Positions 21,201 to 29,756 are shown, counted from the stretch's first letter. The stretch is DNA of 64,000 nucleotides from an uncultured Bacteroidota bacterium (GCA_963700635.1 CAVOYH010000003.1:1312001-1376000); one strand, 5' to 3'. The notes: generated by a model from the letters alone, not told the origin. Numbers and translations: made by a program.

Positions 21201-23848
21201 CCGTTGTCCGCCTGCGCTGCCTTCATCAGTTCCTGTGTCACCATTTCTCTATCATAAAACCTCTGCCGGTAGACCTCCAGCCGCTCAGGGAGAAATCTTT
21301 CTGTCAGACTATGCTGGAGCTTTTCCGTGCCGGGTCCTTTTCGCCGGAGTGGGTGGCCGTTACGGAATGCCAGGGGAATAGCGCCGCGGATCTGTTCCTC
21401 AAGACTCTTCCATATTTTCTCAACCCCTTCAGGGGGTGTCATCTTATGATGGATCGGAAAGCTATTCCTGCTGTAATGGGCTGCTTCATCGGCGATGAGA
21501 CGGTTCAGGTCAATCAACACCCGTCGTGTTTTGCCGAGAAGCGCAGCCGCACCATCAGTCCCCCCGAGGGTCAGCCGGAATGCCTTCCGGCCGGTTTCAT
21601 ACCCTTCCTCCGTGCGGGCAAAGGCAGAGAGAGGAATCATCCCGATCCCCTGCCGGGCAAGCCCTGAGGCCACCCAATCCAGGGAAAGGCCGGGGGGAAG
21701 ATTGTGAATGTGCAGAAGAGGGTACATGCTCCCGGTGGGAGGCCGGATCTCGATCCCGAACGGATTCCGATCAGCGGGCAGGTTGTGGTATGCCGCGGAG
21801 ATGGCATCCATCCGTTCAGCGAAGATGGTGTTCCGGAGCCGCCAGTATGCCTGCACGACTTCGCGCGAATTGCGGTACAGAAGGTAACCCACAAGGAGAG
21901 CGCCGACATTCGGCAGGATTGTTGCATTGGCCAGTCGGAATCGGGCACGAAGTTCCGGCAGAAGAATCTCGATCACGGAAAGACGCGCGCCGGCAAGACA
22001 GTCTGTCTTTGAAAGTGAATGAACGGTTATGATGCGTGCAGAGTGCTCGGAAGAGAGACGGCCGGTACGAACAAGATTCCCTGCAATCTGGCGTAACGTC
22101 GGTATCTCCGGGAGGTCATCATGGGGAACCACATTCTGGTATGAAAGATCATCAATCACCCTGATGCCTCGGGTGAGCAGCTGTTCAAGCAGGCCCGTTA
22201 CGGCATCGGACGAAAAAATCCTGCCGGTGGCATTGTGAGGATTGTTCAGAACAACCGCGCCATACTCCCTCCAATCAGCGTTGTCCTTCAGTTTCCGGTC
22301 CACGATGGTGAGGATAGCATCAACGTCGAGATCAAAACCGGATGTGAGGGGAACAGCAGTGACGCCTGGGAAACAGTGTTCATATGTCCAGCTCAGGTCC
22401 GGGCACACCACGTCACGGATTCCGCAGTGAAAACCCAGAAGACCGAGCGCCGTGCGGGAGGATCCGCTGACCACGGTGGAGCCCAAAAGATCATATTCGG
22501 GGTGATGTCGCACGAATTGCTGGAGAAAGCTGTCGTTCAGCCCGGTGATGAGCGACTCCGCGCCGGGACCGCTGACAAGTTCTCGAAGCAGAGACACAGC
22601 CGTGTATCCGGCGTATGGTTCAGGGGACGGGAGTCGGGTTCCGGCCGCGGCACCTTCGGCTGCTGCAGTAATTCGCTTGCCGATGGTCTCCGCACCGGCG
22701 TCATAGCTATCCAGCCGCGGCGCCAGCAGTCCGGATAGACGGCGCTCGATACGGGATGCGAGCCGGACCAGAGATGTTTCTGCGCCGTCATGCCACCCTG
22801 GTGATTCCAGCGGGGGACCCACCGTCAGCGCGGGTGGCGCGCTGGCGTCTTCATGTTGCTGGATGTCGCGTCGAAGTATGAACGTCAAGAATTCCACTTC
22901 TGAAGCTGAGGGGGTCCCCTTCAGCTGGAAGTGCAGGGTTTCGAGGAGCGAAAGGTAGTCGGCATTCCCCGCCACGAAGACGATGGGGAGTCGGGTCAAC
23001 CGCGGGGAAAAAATTCCCGGGGAGAGGAAGCGGAGGACACGGTCAACAAGCTTGGCTTCGCGTGCCAGAGAAAGATGATTCGGCGCATCGTTTGCTTCCA
23101 GGAAGAACAGCGGGTATTCCTGGCTCATCGTTCGTAGTGTCCGCCGTGTCTGCTCACTGGTGACGGAGCCGAGAAGCAGAAACGTCGGAATTGGAGTATC
23201 TTCTCGAAGCAACTTCTGCAGCGAGACAATCGCCGATTGTTCGTTATCCGGTAGCGTGACAAACTGCAGCTGGTCGAATGACGTTACATGGGGGGGGAGG
23301 GGACAACGATGTATCACCACGCGTGCCGGCAGGTGTGCGAGGAAGGACGCAATGGCATGAAAGAACACACGTAATGTCTCAACAACTCCCCCTGACGACA
23401 GGATTATCTCACGGCGTCCGGTTGTTGTTCCGGGATCGTACGTGAGCGGTTCCTGCTGGTGCATCAACCAATCATGGATCGTCGTGACCAGGGGTGACGG
23501 GTGGGTCCGTGCAAATCCGCCCCTCGGTAGATACGGCGCACTGCGCCGGATAACCCCGATGTAGAAATCCAGAAAAGAGCGGTCTGCCTCGTCCAGGTCG
23601 AGAGCCTGCAGGAGACGGTCGGGGTTGTCGTCTGTGAGGGTTGTGGCGCGGATATCCAGACCCAGCACCGCGCGAAGTAAGGCAGAAAAGAGGCGGGAAT
23701 CCTGAACCGGATTGCCGATATGGAAATTTACGCGATCCTCGGATACAACGGACGAAGCCGCCGTCGCTTCGCTGATCTCCGAGACTTTTGCCGCCCGCGT
23801 TGGTCGGAGACGAAATCGTGATGGCACACCTGCGGCCACGTTGGACAC
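18242..23848 (-). CDS. Aminotransferase class I/II - PEP carboxylase-like fusion protein (1868 aa)
   Basis: PLP motifs NNPHNATG, IDDLSY, HSLSK614 and FRLTLG. PEPC-order motifs TVH916PTQ, WGDWDG, QVSMS, VPLFE1268, IAGSD1314, LRAI, ELLRR and C-terminal ENG. Confidence 0.8.
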   Translation of the reverse strand: MSNVAAGVPSRFRLRPTRAAKVSEISEATAASSVVSEDRVNFHIGNPVQDSRLFSALLRAVLGLDIRATTLTDDNPDRLLQALDLDEADRSFLDFYIGVIRRSAPYLPRGGFARTHPSPLVTTIHDWLMHQQEPLTYDPGTTTGRREIILSSGGVVETLRVFFHAIASFLAHLPARVVIHRCPLPPHVTSFDQLQFVTLPDNEQSAIVSLQKLLREDTPIPTFLLLGSVTSEQTRRTLRTMSQEYPLFFLEANDAPNHLSLAREAKLVDRVLRFLSPGIFSPRLTRLPIVFVAGNADYLSLLETLHFQLKGTPSASEVEFLTFILRRDIQQHEDASAPPALTVGPPLESPGWHDGAETSLVRLASRIERRLSGLLAPRLDSYDAGAETIGKRITAAAEGAAAGTRLPSPEPYAGYTAVSLLRELVSGPGAESLITGLNDSFLQQFVRHHPEYDLLGSTVVSGSSRTALGLLGFHCGIRDVVCPDLSWTYEHCFPGVTAVPLTSGFDLDVDAILTIVDRKLKDNADWREYGAVVLNNPHNATGRIFSSDAVTGLLEQLLTRGIRVIDDLSYQNVVPHDDLPEIPTLRQIAGNLVRTGRLSSEHSARIITVHSLSKTDCLAGARLSVIEILLPELRARFRLANATILPNVGALLVGYLLYRNSREVVQAYWRLRNTIFAERMDAISAAYHNLPADRNPFGIEIRPPTGSMYPLLHIHNLPPGLSLDWVASGLARQGIGMIPLSAFARTEEGYETGRKAFRLTLGGTDGAAALLGKTRRVLIDLNRLIADEAAHYSRNSFPIHHKMTPPEGVEKIWKSLEEQIRGAIPLAFRNGHPLRRKGPGTEKLQHSLTERFLPERLEVYRQRFYDREMVTQELMKAAQADNGKGLALTLERELYRDDLTRRSAAFRSRSFDRTVHPTQMYSIRTEAAFDLIARAMRTGGNIPSHLVQNVSRELVAEFFGMNVAINSSEEAEEICLDLDAHITAEQFAGLQNSGMPPTMLSFWGDWDGSNRPSGQGHRLVASVLLQNVGRLSHLARLLSARNPAARIQPELLTEIERLPGKVARFVRLLNEITTLTHQLEHRYRGILPFHAKPGRLRQLGMALHLARDPVTSLWYHNDRLEHRMLELRGRRRDGLEYYFALNKRLRKELHRHIPLLVQSLHDPVLLREVVVYRDLLQRFALTPRIHQNMVTAQDPFAIDTTVFNILEINEIGARYGNPGMALALQVSMSTRPEALIDLDRKLSARREHVLRDHPDTILPPVWLVPLFEDPVAVGAVIPYVNKLWEYALQSRRLNQETQDRFEEISTEVFIAGSDLSQHVGQAAGARQFRQAKNELLQWVAAHGLTGRVRLKMGSGEPMQRQGGYLGELSGLPAFIQAGGADNRFAAHLRSSARRSTLYATTPMMGVCAGGDLRTFQSALAERLRYLPVEEFAQLLFHVKRAQEISDRSIIRASEELADSRLTSTTRGRQALERLTIGAPDPAIGLFLDILTQNFRQILYGRDEDVVGIHILSYFIARATPSLRDRPMIRPVAGGKDQGNRILERIAGTIPLSRYGSLLRAIAHNQAQSTVLGIPQISTGLFRALDTFARHESVEGDPETYLADRILPYLPVHEILQNLRVYLDAHGQYLRAVERAFPAGNGALLALREDGDAMTRFIPLFQQELLRRHGVDIGDFFEGTRFIPDLLPTLRPDLAVLLQSDLFNTDPERLAESLQGPIDRHWLASVTRLLRVPEELRTWRALIWELVERPVFQRVEAFVELAVSLYAISSKHQSPDLPAPGRSLRLPASLDTFFRTSRSDDEMHRFLAAAIEYLAIASEGLVEVPANVIRAMKEVERIAKIEDQALTGEEQDRLRFYLLQIARLTGENG

Positions 23849-24813
23849 TACGATTTCTTCCGCTTCTGAAACGCCTCAAGTGCGTTCTGTACAAGCGTAT
23901 GGAACATCCCGAGAAGTTCAGCACCCTGTCCGGTTTCTCCCGGAGCCAGCGTGACGACGGTACGCGCATTTTTCATTGTCTGACTCGCTTCGGCAAGACG
24001 GGCTGCCTGAGGAGTAAGGAGGAGCAGTTCAGGGCTCTCTTTCAGGAGCCGCATTTCTTCCCTGTCAAAATCCAGCTGAACGCGCTTGAGCTGCACTTCG
24101 TGCTCCGCACGCCGGGCGGCAAGAGTCGCATCCTTTTCAAATTGTTCCGTACGGAGTGCGAACTTCTTCATGGCGAGCACGTTTTCGAGCGATGCGATCT
24201 CTTCGTCCGCCTTAAGACGGGTCCGTGCCGCGGCGATGCGCGCCTGTTGCTGCAGCATTTCGGTGTGTTCCAGGATACGTGCCTGTTCCCGCTGGCGGAT
24301 GGCCTCGGCAATTTGCGGGTTAACCGGTTCGAACGACATGACAGTCAGAGCGATGATCTCGATGCCGAGAATGGCCATACAATCCCCCTCGTGGTGACGG
24401 AGGTGCTCCCGGATGTTGTTGGAGGAGAGATCTTCGATCTCATGCTGTTCGGTGAACGCCTTGACGTACCCCAGAAGTAATGTCTCCAGTTCCTTTGCCG
24501 CCCGGGCGATTGCATCGTTTCTCCATCCACCAACGTTCAGCAACACCGGCAGGTGCGCCGGGGCGGAGGTGACAGTGACAGCGAGACGCACCCTGACATC
24601 CAGATTTCCTTTTGCGGAGGCCTCAATCGTCTGGGTGAATGCGTGTGTGACTTTGGCGATCGGCGTGCTAAAGTGCCGCGGGTACAGGCGTGCTGTGCGA
24701 ACCTTAACACCGTCGCGGGATTCTGCGACGACAATCTGGTCCGGCCGTCTCACCCGGTATTCATAGATGAGTATGGCAACAACAACGACAATCAGGCTCG
24801 CAACAACTTCCAT
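23848..24813 (-). CDS. SPFH/band-7 (flotillin-like) membrane protein
   Basis: N-terminal TM helix, RVRRPDQIVV, band-7-like core (ILGIEIIALTV) and an Ala/Glu/Arg coiled coil; stop TAG overlaps the next GTG by 1 nt. Confidence 0.7.
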   Translation of the reverse strand: MEVVASLIVVVVAILIYEYRVRRPDQIVVAESRDGVKVRTARLYPRHFSTPIAKVTHAFTQTIEASAKGNLDVRVRLAVTVTSAPAHLPVLLNVGGWRNDAIARAAKELETLLLGYVKAFTEQHEIEDLSSNNIREHLRHHEGDCMAILGIEIIALTVMSFEPVNPQIAEAIRQREQARILEHTEMLQQQARIAAARTRLKADEEIASLENVLAMKKFALRTEQFEKDATLAARRAEHEVQLKRVQLDFDREEMRLLKESPELLLLTPQAARLAEASQTMKNARTVVTLAPGETGQGAELLGMFHTLVQNALEAFQKRKKS

Positions 24814-24937
24814 TGTGGGTTCCTCACATGATACCTTGGGGGGCAGACACACGAAAACAGGTCCGGTGGCCCGGGTTTGAAACTCAGTCCGGTCCTTCTA
24901 AGATACTTTCCTGCGGCACAAAGCGCAATGGATGAAA

Positions 24938-25999
24938 CTACGGGAAGTGGGGGGCGAAATACCGTTTCTGAAAATACCGGGCCACATTGACCAGACCGAT
25001 AAGGACCGGCACCTCCACAAGAGGGCCGATTACCGTGGCAAAGGCCTCCCCGGAGTTGATCCCGAATACGGCCACGGCGACTGCAATCGCCAGTTCGAAG
25101 TTATTACTTGCAGCGGTAAAGGAAAGCGTGACTGTCTTTGAATAGTCCGCCCCGAGCCTTCGCCCCATAAAGAAAGAGACAAGAAACATCAATAAAAAAT
25201 AGAGCGTAAGAGGGATGGCGATCCGGAGCACATCCAGCGGAATGGTTACAATATACTCCCCCTTGAGCGAGAACATGACAAGAATGGTGAAGAGCAGTGC
25301 GATGAGCGTCAACGGACTGATCCGCGGGATAAATTGTGTCTCATACCACATTCTCCCTTTCACCCGGAGCAGGGCAAATCGGGTGATCACTCCGGCAAGA
25401 AAGGGGATACCGAGATAGATGAACACACTCTCCGCTATCTGAACGATGGTGATATCCACGGCGAACGATTGCAGGCCGAGCCACCGGGGCAGCAGCGTGA
25501 GAAACAGATATGCGTACACGGAGAAAAAGAGGACCTGAAAGATGGAGTTTAACGCAACCAGGCCCGCGGCATATTCCGCATCGCCGCCGGCAAGGTCATT
25601 CCAGACAATCACCATGGCGATACACCGTGCAAGACCCATCAGAATCAGTCCGGCCATGTACGCCGGCTGGTCCTGAAGAAAAATGACCGCCAGCAGAAAC
25701 ATCAAGACGGGTCCGATGAGCCAGTTTTGAACAAGGGAGAGAGCAAGCACACGAACGTTGCGAAAGATTTCGCCGAGCTCTTCGTACTTCACCTTCGCCA
25801 GCGGCGGGTACATCATCAGAATCAATCCGATGGCGATGGGGATGTTTGTCGTGCCCGACTGGAAACTGTTCCAGAATCCGACTATGCCAGGTGCCGTGTA
25901 TCCCCAGAAGACACCCAGTGCCATGGCGGCAAAGATCCAGAGTGTCAGATACCGATCCAGAAAAGAAAGTCTTCGGCTGGTGCTCGCCATTGTCGTCAC
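24938..25999 (-). CDS. acr3: ACR3-family arsenite efflux permease
   Basis: [46 protein letters not shown] and GPLVEVPVL. Confidence 0.96.
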   Translation of the reverse strand: MTTMASTSRRLSFLDRYLTLWIFAAMALGVFWGYTAPGIVGFWNSFQSGTTNIPIAIGLILMMYPPLAKVKYEELGEIFRNVRVLALSLVQNWLIGPVLMFLLAVIFLQDQPAYMAGLILMGLARCIAMVIVWNDLAGGDAEYAAGLVALNSIFQVLFFSVYAYLFLTLLPRWLGLQSFAVDITIVQIAESVFIYLGIPFLAGVITRFALLRVKGRMWYETQFIPRISPLTLIALLFTILVMFSLKGEYIVTIPLDVLRIAIPLTLYFLLMFLVSFFMGRRLGADYSKTVTLSFTAASNNFELAIAVAVAVFGINSGEAFATVIGPLVEVPVLIGLVNVARYFQKRYFAPHFP

Positions 26000-26160
26000 G
26001 AGTTTCTTCTGTAAGACTGAAGGGTGATTGTCTACAACTTCATGGATGACTCATGAATCGCGTCCCGGACCTCGATGGCAGGATCGAATGACCGCAGGAG
26101 CCCTTCGGCCATCTGGCTGCGGCATGAGTGGCCGGTACAGAGGGCGAGAATCCGAATCAC
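25996..26160 (-). pseudogene. arsC: Arsenate reductase (LMW-PTP/Trx type), internally deleted remnant
   Basis: VIRILALCTGHSCRSQMAEGLLRSFDPAIEV runs directly into RDAIHE (a C-terminal helix motif), then TAG at 26034-26032; only 42 codons. Confidence 0.8.
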
Positions 26161-26194
26161 CGAGTGTTCCCGGGCACGACGATATGCCCCGCTC

Positions 26195-26950
26195 TCATCG
26201 TGTTGCCTCCATGGTGATGCTGACGACTCCGAACGGAAGCGGCTCGGTGAAACCAAAGGGCTTTTCTGCGACAACGCTGACTTCATAAAAGCCGGTATTC
26301 CGCACTATCTCCAGATAGGACTCCTTGTCGATAGCTCCCGAGATACACCCAGCCCAGAGCTGCATGTCTGCGCGGACCGAGTCGGGGACACTTCCGATGG
26401 TCACAATATCGGACAGGACTACTTTCCCGCCGGATTTGAGCACGCGGAACATCTCCGCAAAGGCCTGTTTTTTGTCGGGCACCAGATTGACAACGCAGTT
26501 GCTGATAATCCGGTCAACCGTACCGGTCTCAACCGGCAGATGTTCGATTTCTCCCTTCCGGAATTCTGCGTTGGTGATGCCGAGCTTTGTGCGGTTGCGC
26601 TCCGCCCGTTCGAGCATGGCATCAGTCATGTCCACACCAATGGCGTTGCCGGTGGGACCAACCTCGCGGGCAGCAATAAACACATCAATCCCGGCGCCGG
26701 ATCCGAGATCCAGCACCGTCATCCCTTCTGTGAGTCCGGCAAATGCCGTGGGGGTTCCGCATCCGAGGCCGAGATCGGCAGTGGAAACGACCTGCGGATC
26801 CACATCCGTGTAGGCCTCGTTCATCCCTGTTTTTACAAGGGTCTTGGCTTCGGTGGTGCCGCAGCACGACGGTCCGCAGCAGGAGGTGGACTGTGATGCA
26901 ATGCGGGTATATTGTTTCCGCACCGAATCTTTGATCTCGTCATTTGTCAT
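26195..26950 (-). CDS. arsM: Arsenite S-adenosylmethionine methyltransferase
   Basis: SCCGPSCCG, LGLGCGTP, VLDLGSGAGID, ISNCVVNL and WAGCISGA. Confidence 0.93.
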   Translation of the reverse strand: MTNDEIKDSVRKQYTRIASQSTSCCGPSCCGTTEAKTLVKTGMNEAYTDVDPQVVSTADLGLGCGTPTAFAGLTEGMTVLDLGSGAGIDVFIAAREVGPTGNAIGVDMTDAMLERAERNRTKLGITNAEFRKGEIEHLPVETGTVDRIISNCVVNLVPDKKQAFAEMFRVLKSGGKVVLSDIVTIGSVPDSVRADMQLWAGCISGAIDKESYLEIVRNTGFYEVSVVAEKPFGFTEPLPFGVVSITMEATR

Positions 26951-27362
26951 GGATAGATTCCTTTTGATGTTTCGTCAGTGTACGGCGGCCGGGTCGGGGT
27001 GCCGGTGTAATGCGTGTGAAGGTTGCACAACACCCGGTTGAAATGTTGGACGCCAGGTGCCGGGTTTCACGCTGCGCAACCGGATTGGACTTCAGGAGAA
27101 CGCCAAGGCAGTCAATCATCCTGCGGTGGTGTTCGTCTTTCGGCCGGGGGATGGAATACAACATCCAGAGTCCCTGCCTGCGATCAGTGACCAGCCCTGT
27201 CCGCTTCAGGTAGGCGAGATGCCGCGACACTTTCGCCTGAGGGACTCCCATTATCGAGATGATATCGCACACGCACAATTCCCCGGAATGAATCAGGAGG
27301 TTGAGGATGCGCAATCGTGAGACATCAGAGAGTGCCTTGAACAGCTGTGCCAGTTCGTGCAT
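26940..27362 (-). CDS. arsR: ArsR/SmtB family repressor
   Basis: FKALSDVSRLRIL, ELCVCD As(III) site and VSRHLAYLK HTH. Confidence 0.93.
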   Translation of the reverse strand: MHELAQLFKALSDVSRLRILNLLIHSGELCVCDIISIMGVPQAKVSRHLAYLKRTGLVTDRRQGLWMLYSIPRPKDEHHRRMIDCLGVLLKSNPVAQRETRHLASNISTGCCATFTRITPAPRPGRRTLTKHQKESIHDK

Positions 27363-27375
27363 ACGCGGTCCCTGT

Positions 27376-27420
27376 TATATTCGCCTATACGAATATAGTG
27401 TGGAAAAGAAACAAAGTCAA
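27376..27420 (-). promoter_or_regulatory. ars promoter with overlapping ArsR operator
   Basis: Minus strand TTGACT-17-TATATT; perfect inverted repeat TATATTCG-N6-CGAATATA (27376-27397) overlaps the -10. Confidence 0.8.
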
Positions 27421-27502
27421 GTGGTCACCCGGCGCACCGCCTTGCATATCATGAGAAATCGGAATAATTTGCTTCATATTGTCACTCTTCTTTATTGTTG
27501 GT

Positions 27503-28651
27503 ATGCTCAAACGCCGCCAATTTATCCTGACAGGTGCCGGAGCCATTGCCGGATTGAACACGTCATTTCACCTCCAGCCGGTACGGGCTGCAAAGGGGAC
27601 AACGTCCCGCCGGATCCCCCTTGTGCACATCACTGACCTGTATCATCCTCCTCAGGATCCGGATGACCACATCGATCTGGCCACGGTTGCCGCACTGGAA
27701 GAATTCGATCTCAAGGGGGTGATTCTTGATGTCACCCGGAAATTTCTGGATGCTGCACCGGACGGATTTGACATCGCCCGTGATCCCGGATATGTTCCTG
27801 TTGCCCAGCTTTCTGCCATCATCGGGCGGGCCATCCCGGTCGCCACCGGTCCGCTCCGCCCCCTCACCGATGCGTCTGATACTGCCGCAGATCGCCCTCT
27901 TTCTGAGCAGGGCGGGATCAGACTGCTGCTCACGATCCTTGAAGAGAGTCCTGAGCCGGTGGTGCTCTCCATGGTCGGATCAGCACGTGTCCTGACGGCC
28001 GCGTTCAACAGGGAGCCGGAGCTGGTGCGCTCAAAGACACTCAGCGTCCTTCTCAACGCAGGATCAACCGCGGGCCCCAAACGGGAGTGGAATGTGGGTC
28101 TGGATCCTGCGGCGTACGCAGGGCTATGGAATTCGGGCCTTCCGATTCACTGGTATCCGTGCGCTACGGAACGGAGCGCTTTTAATCCTGACCATGAGCG
28201 CGGCACATACTGGAAGACGACCCATAGGGCGCTCTTCGGGAATCTCGCTCCCCCTCTGCGTGCCTGGTTCCGGTTTGGATTGACAGGAGAAATGAGGAGT
28301 GATGTGATTCGCGCGCTGGGAGAGGAAGGGGAACCTGAGGTGTGGGATGCCCTTCTCAAGGAATCCCGCAACATGTGGGCGACCGCTTCGCTCGTTATGG
28401 CGGCCGGGCGTGTTCTGGCAAAGACCCCTCAGGGGTGGCGGTTCGTTCCGGGCTCCGCATGGACCGATAAGGATTGCTGGCCCTGGAGGTTGGATCCTAT
28501 TCTTGCGTCCGTGAATCCTGAAGGACAGGTGCAATGGCAGGAAGTCAAACACGGGGGTAACGCGTGGCTCTTCGGACGGCAGCGTGGCGTTGCCTTCGGT
28601 GAGGCTATGGCGGAAGCGCTGGGCGCGCTGCTCGCTTCTGCTCCCTCGTGA
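27503..28651 (+). CDS. Tat-exported nucleoside-hydrolase-fold protein
   Basis: KRRQFIL twin-arginine signal; HITDLYHPPQDPDD Asp cluster; EWNVGLDP. Confidence 0.65.
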   Translation: MLKRRQFILTGAGAIAGLNTSFHLQPVRAAKGTTSRRIPLVHITDLYHPPQDPDDHIDLATVAALEEFDLKGVILDVTRKFLDAAPDGFDIARDPGYVPVAQLSAIIGRAIPVATGPLRPLTDASDTAADRPLSEQGGIRLLLTILEESPEPVVLSMVGSARVLTAAFNREPELVRSKTLSVLLNAGSTAGPKREWNVGLDPAAYAGLWNSGLPIHWYPCATERSAFNPDHERGTYWKTTHRALFGNLAPPLRAWFRFGLTGEMRSDVIRALGEEGEPEVWDALLKESRNMWATASLVMAAGRVLAKTPQGWRFVPGSAWTDKDCWPWRLDPILASVNPEGQVQWQEVKHGGNAWLFGRQRGVAFGEAMAEALGALLASAPS

Positions 28652-28730
28652 GAACTCCGACATCTACGCTGTGCCGATCCTATGGATCGTTCTGTATCCT
28701 CCGTGATCATTTTTACACCCTGAAGGCATC

Positions 28731-29519
28731 ATGATGAAACTTACCCTTTACCAGGTGGACGCCTTTACTGATACTCAGTTCCACGGCAACCCCGCTGCGG
28801 TGTGTCCGCTCACGGCCTGGCTTGATGATGAACTCCTCCAGGCAATCGCTGAAGAGAACAATTTATCAGAAACAGCTTTCTATGTCCCGGAAGGTGACCA
28901 CTTCCTTATTCGATGGTTCACGCCGATATGCGAAGTAGACCTGTGCGGCCATGCAACACTCGCAACGGGGTATGTGCTCTTCCATCACCGGAACTACGCC
29001 GGTCCGACAATCACTTTCTCATCCAGAAGCGGCAGGCTTACGGTGCGGAAAGAAGGTGAGAATCTTATTCTGGATTTCCCCGCCGACAATCCCGTACCCG
29101 TGCCATCTCCTCCCGGGCTTGCCGAAGCGATGGGTGTTCCTCCCCTGGAGGTGTATCGAGGCAAGGATGATTTTCTGGCGATCTACACGGATCAGACGGT
29201 TGTTGAGAACTTGCGGCCCGACTATGCCCGGGTCGAAAAGATCCCCTGCCGTGGCATCATTGTCACGGCTCCCGGAAACAATGTTGACTTCGTGTCACGA
29301 TTTTTCGGTCCGCAGTCGGGTATTGCCGAAGATCCGGTGACAGGTTCCGCACACACAACGCTGGTGCCGTACTGGTCAAAACGCCTTGGCAAAACGACCC
29401 TCCTTGCAACCCAGGTCTCGAAGCGGCGGGGTGATCTGCGATGTGTGTTGAAGGCAAACAGGGTGGAAATTGGAGGACGGGCCTGCACCTACATGGTCGG
29501 GGAGATCACTCTTCTTTGA
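28731..29519 (+). CDS. PhzF family isomerase
   Basis: QVDAFT...GNPAAV, NLSETAF, EVDLCGHATLA and EDPVTGSAH. Confidence 0.95.
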   Translation: MMKLTLYQVDAFTDTQFHGNPAAVCPLTAWLDDELLQAIAEENNLSETAFYVPEGDHFLIRWFTPICEVDLCGHATLATGYVLFHHRNYAGPTITFSSRSGRLTVRKEGENLILDFPADNPVPVPSPPGLAEAMGVPPLEVYRGKDDFLAIYTDQTVVENLRPDYARVEKIPCRGIIVTAPGNNVDFVSRFFGPQSGIAEDPVTGSAHTTLVPYWSKRLGKTTLLATQVSKRRGDLRCVLKANRVEIGGRACTYMVGEITLL

Positions 29520-29601
29520 GCACCGTGAGGGGAACCTCCTTGCCGGACCGTACGTTGTACATGGTACGCACGGAAGTGTTCCCCCGCACCGTGGCAATGG
29601 T

Positions 29602-29756
29602 ATGGTCATGGTAATGAGACGGACCGTCACCCGGAGTTTAACAGGATATTGTTGGTTTCCGCACGACATGAAGGGCGGTTGCCGGCAGGCTGTTATGTGA
29701 CAGAACGGATAATCATAGTCCGGTGCGAGCCCTTCCGTAACAAGAAGGGCTTTTCG
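29602..29756 (+). promoter_or_regulatory. Candidate leader-peptide attenuator upstream of cysK
   Basis: Short Met/Cys-containing ORF (29602 or 29614 to 29700); terminator AGCCCTTC-N8-GAAGGGCT-TTT (29728-29754); competing pairing 29670-85 with 29720-35. Confidence 0.5.

Noticed and set aside
26032-26034. Pyrrolysine/recoding read-through of the arsC TAG
   Set aside because: The gene already lacks its middle part, no pyl genes occur in the window and other genes use TAG as a normal stop; a nonsense mutation is simpler.
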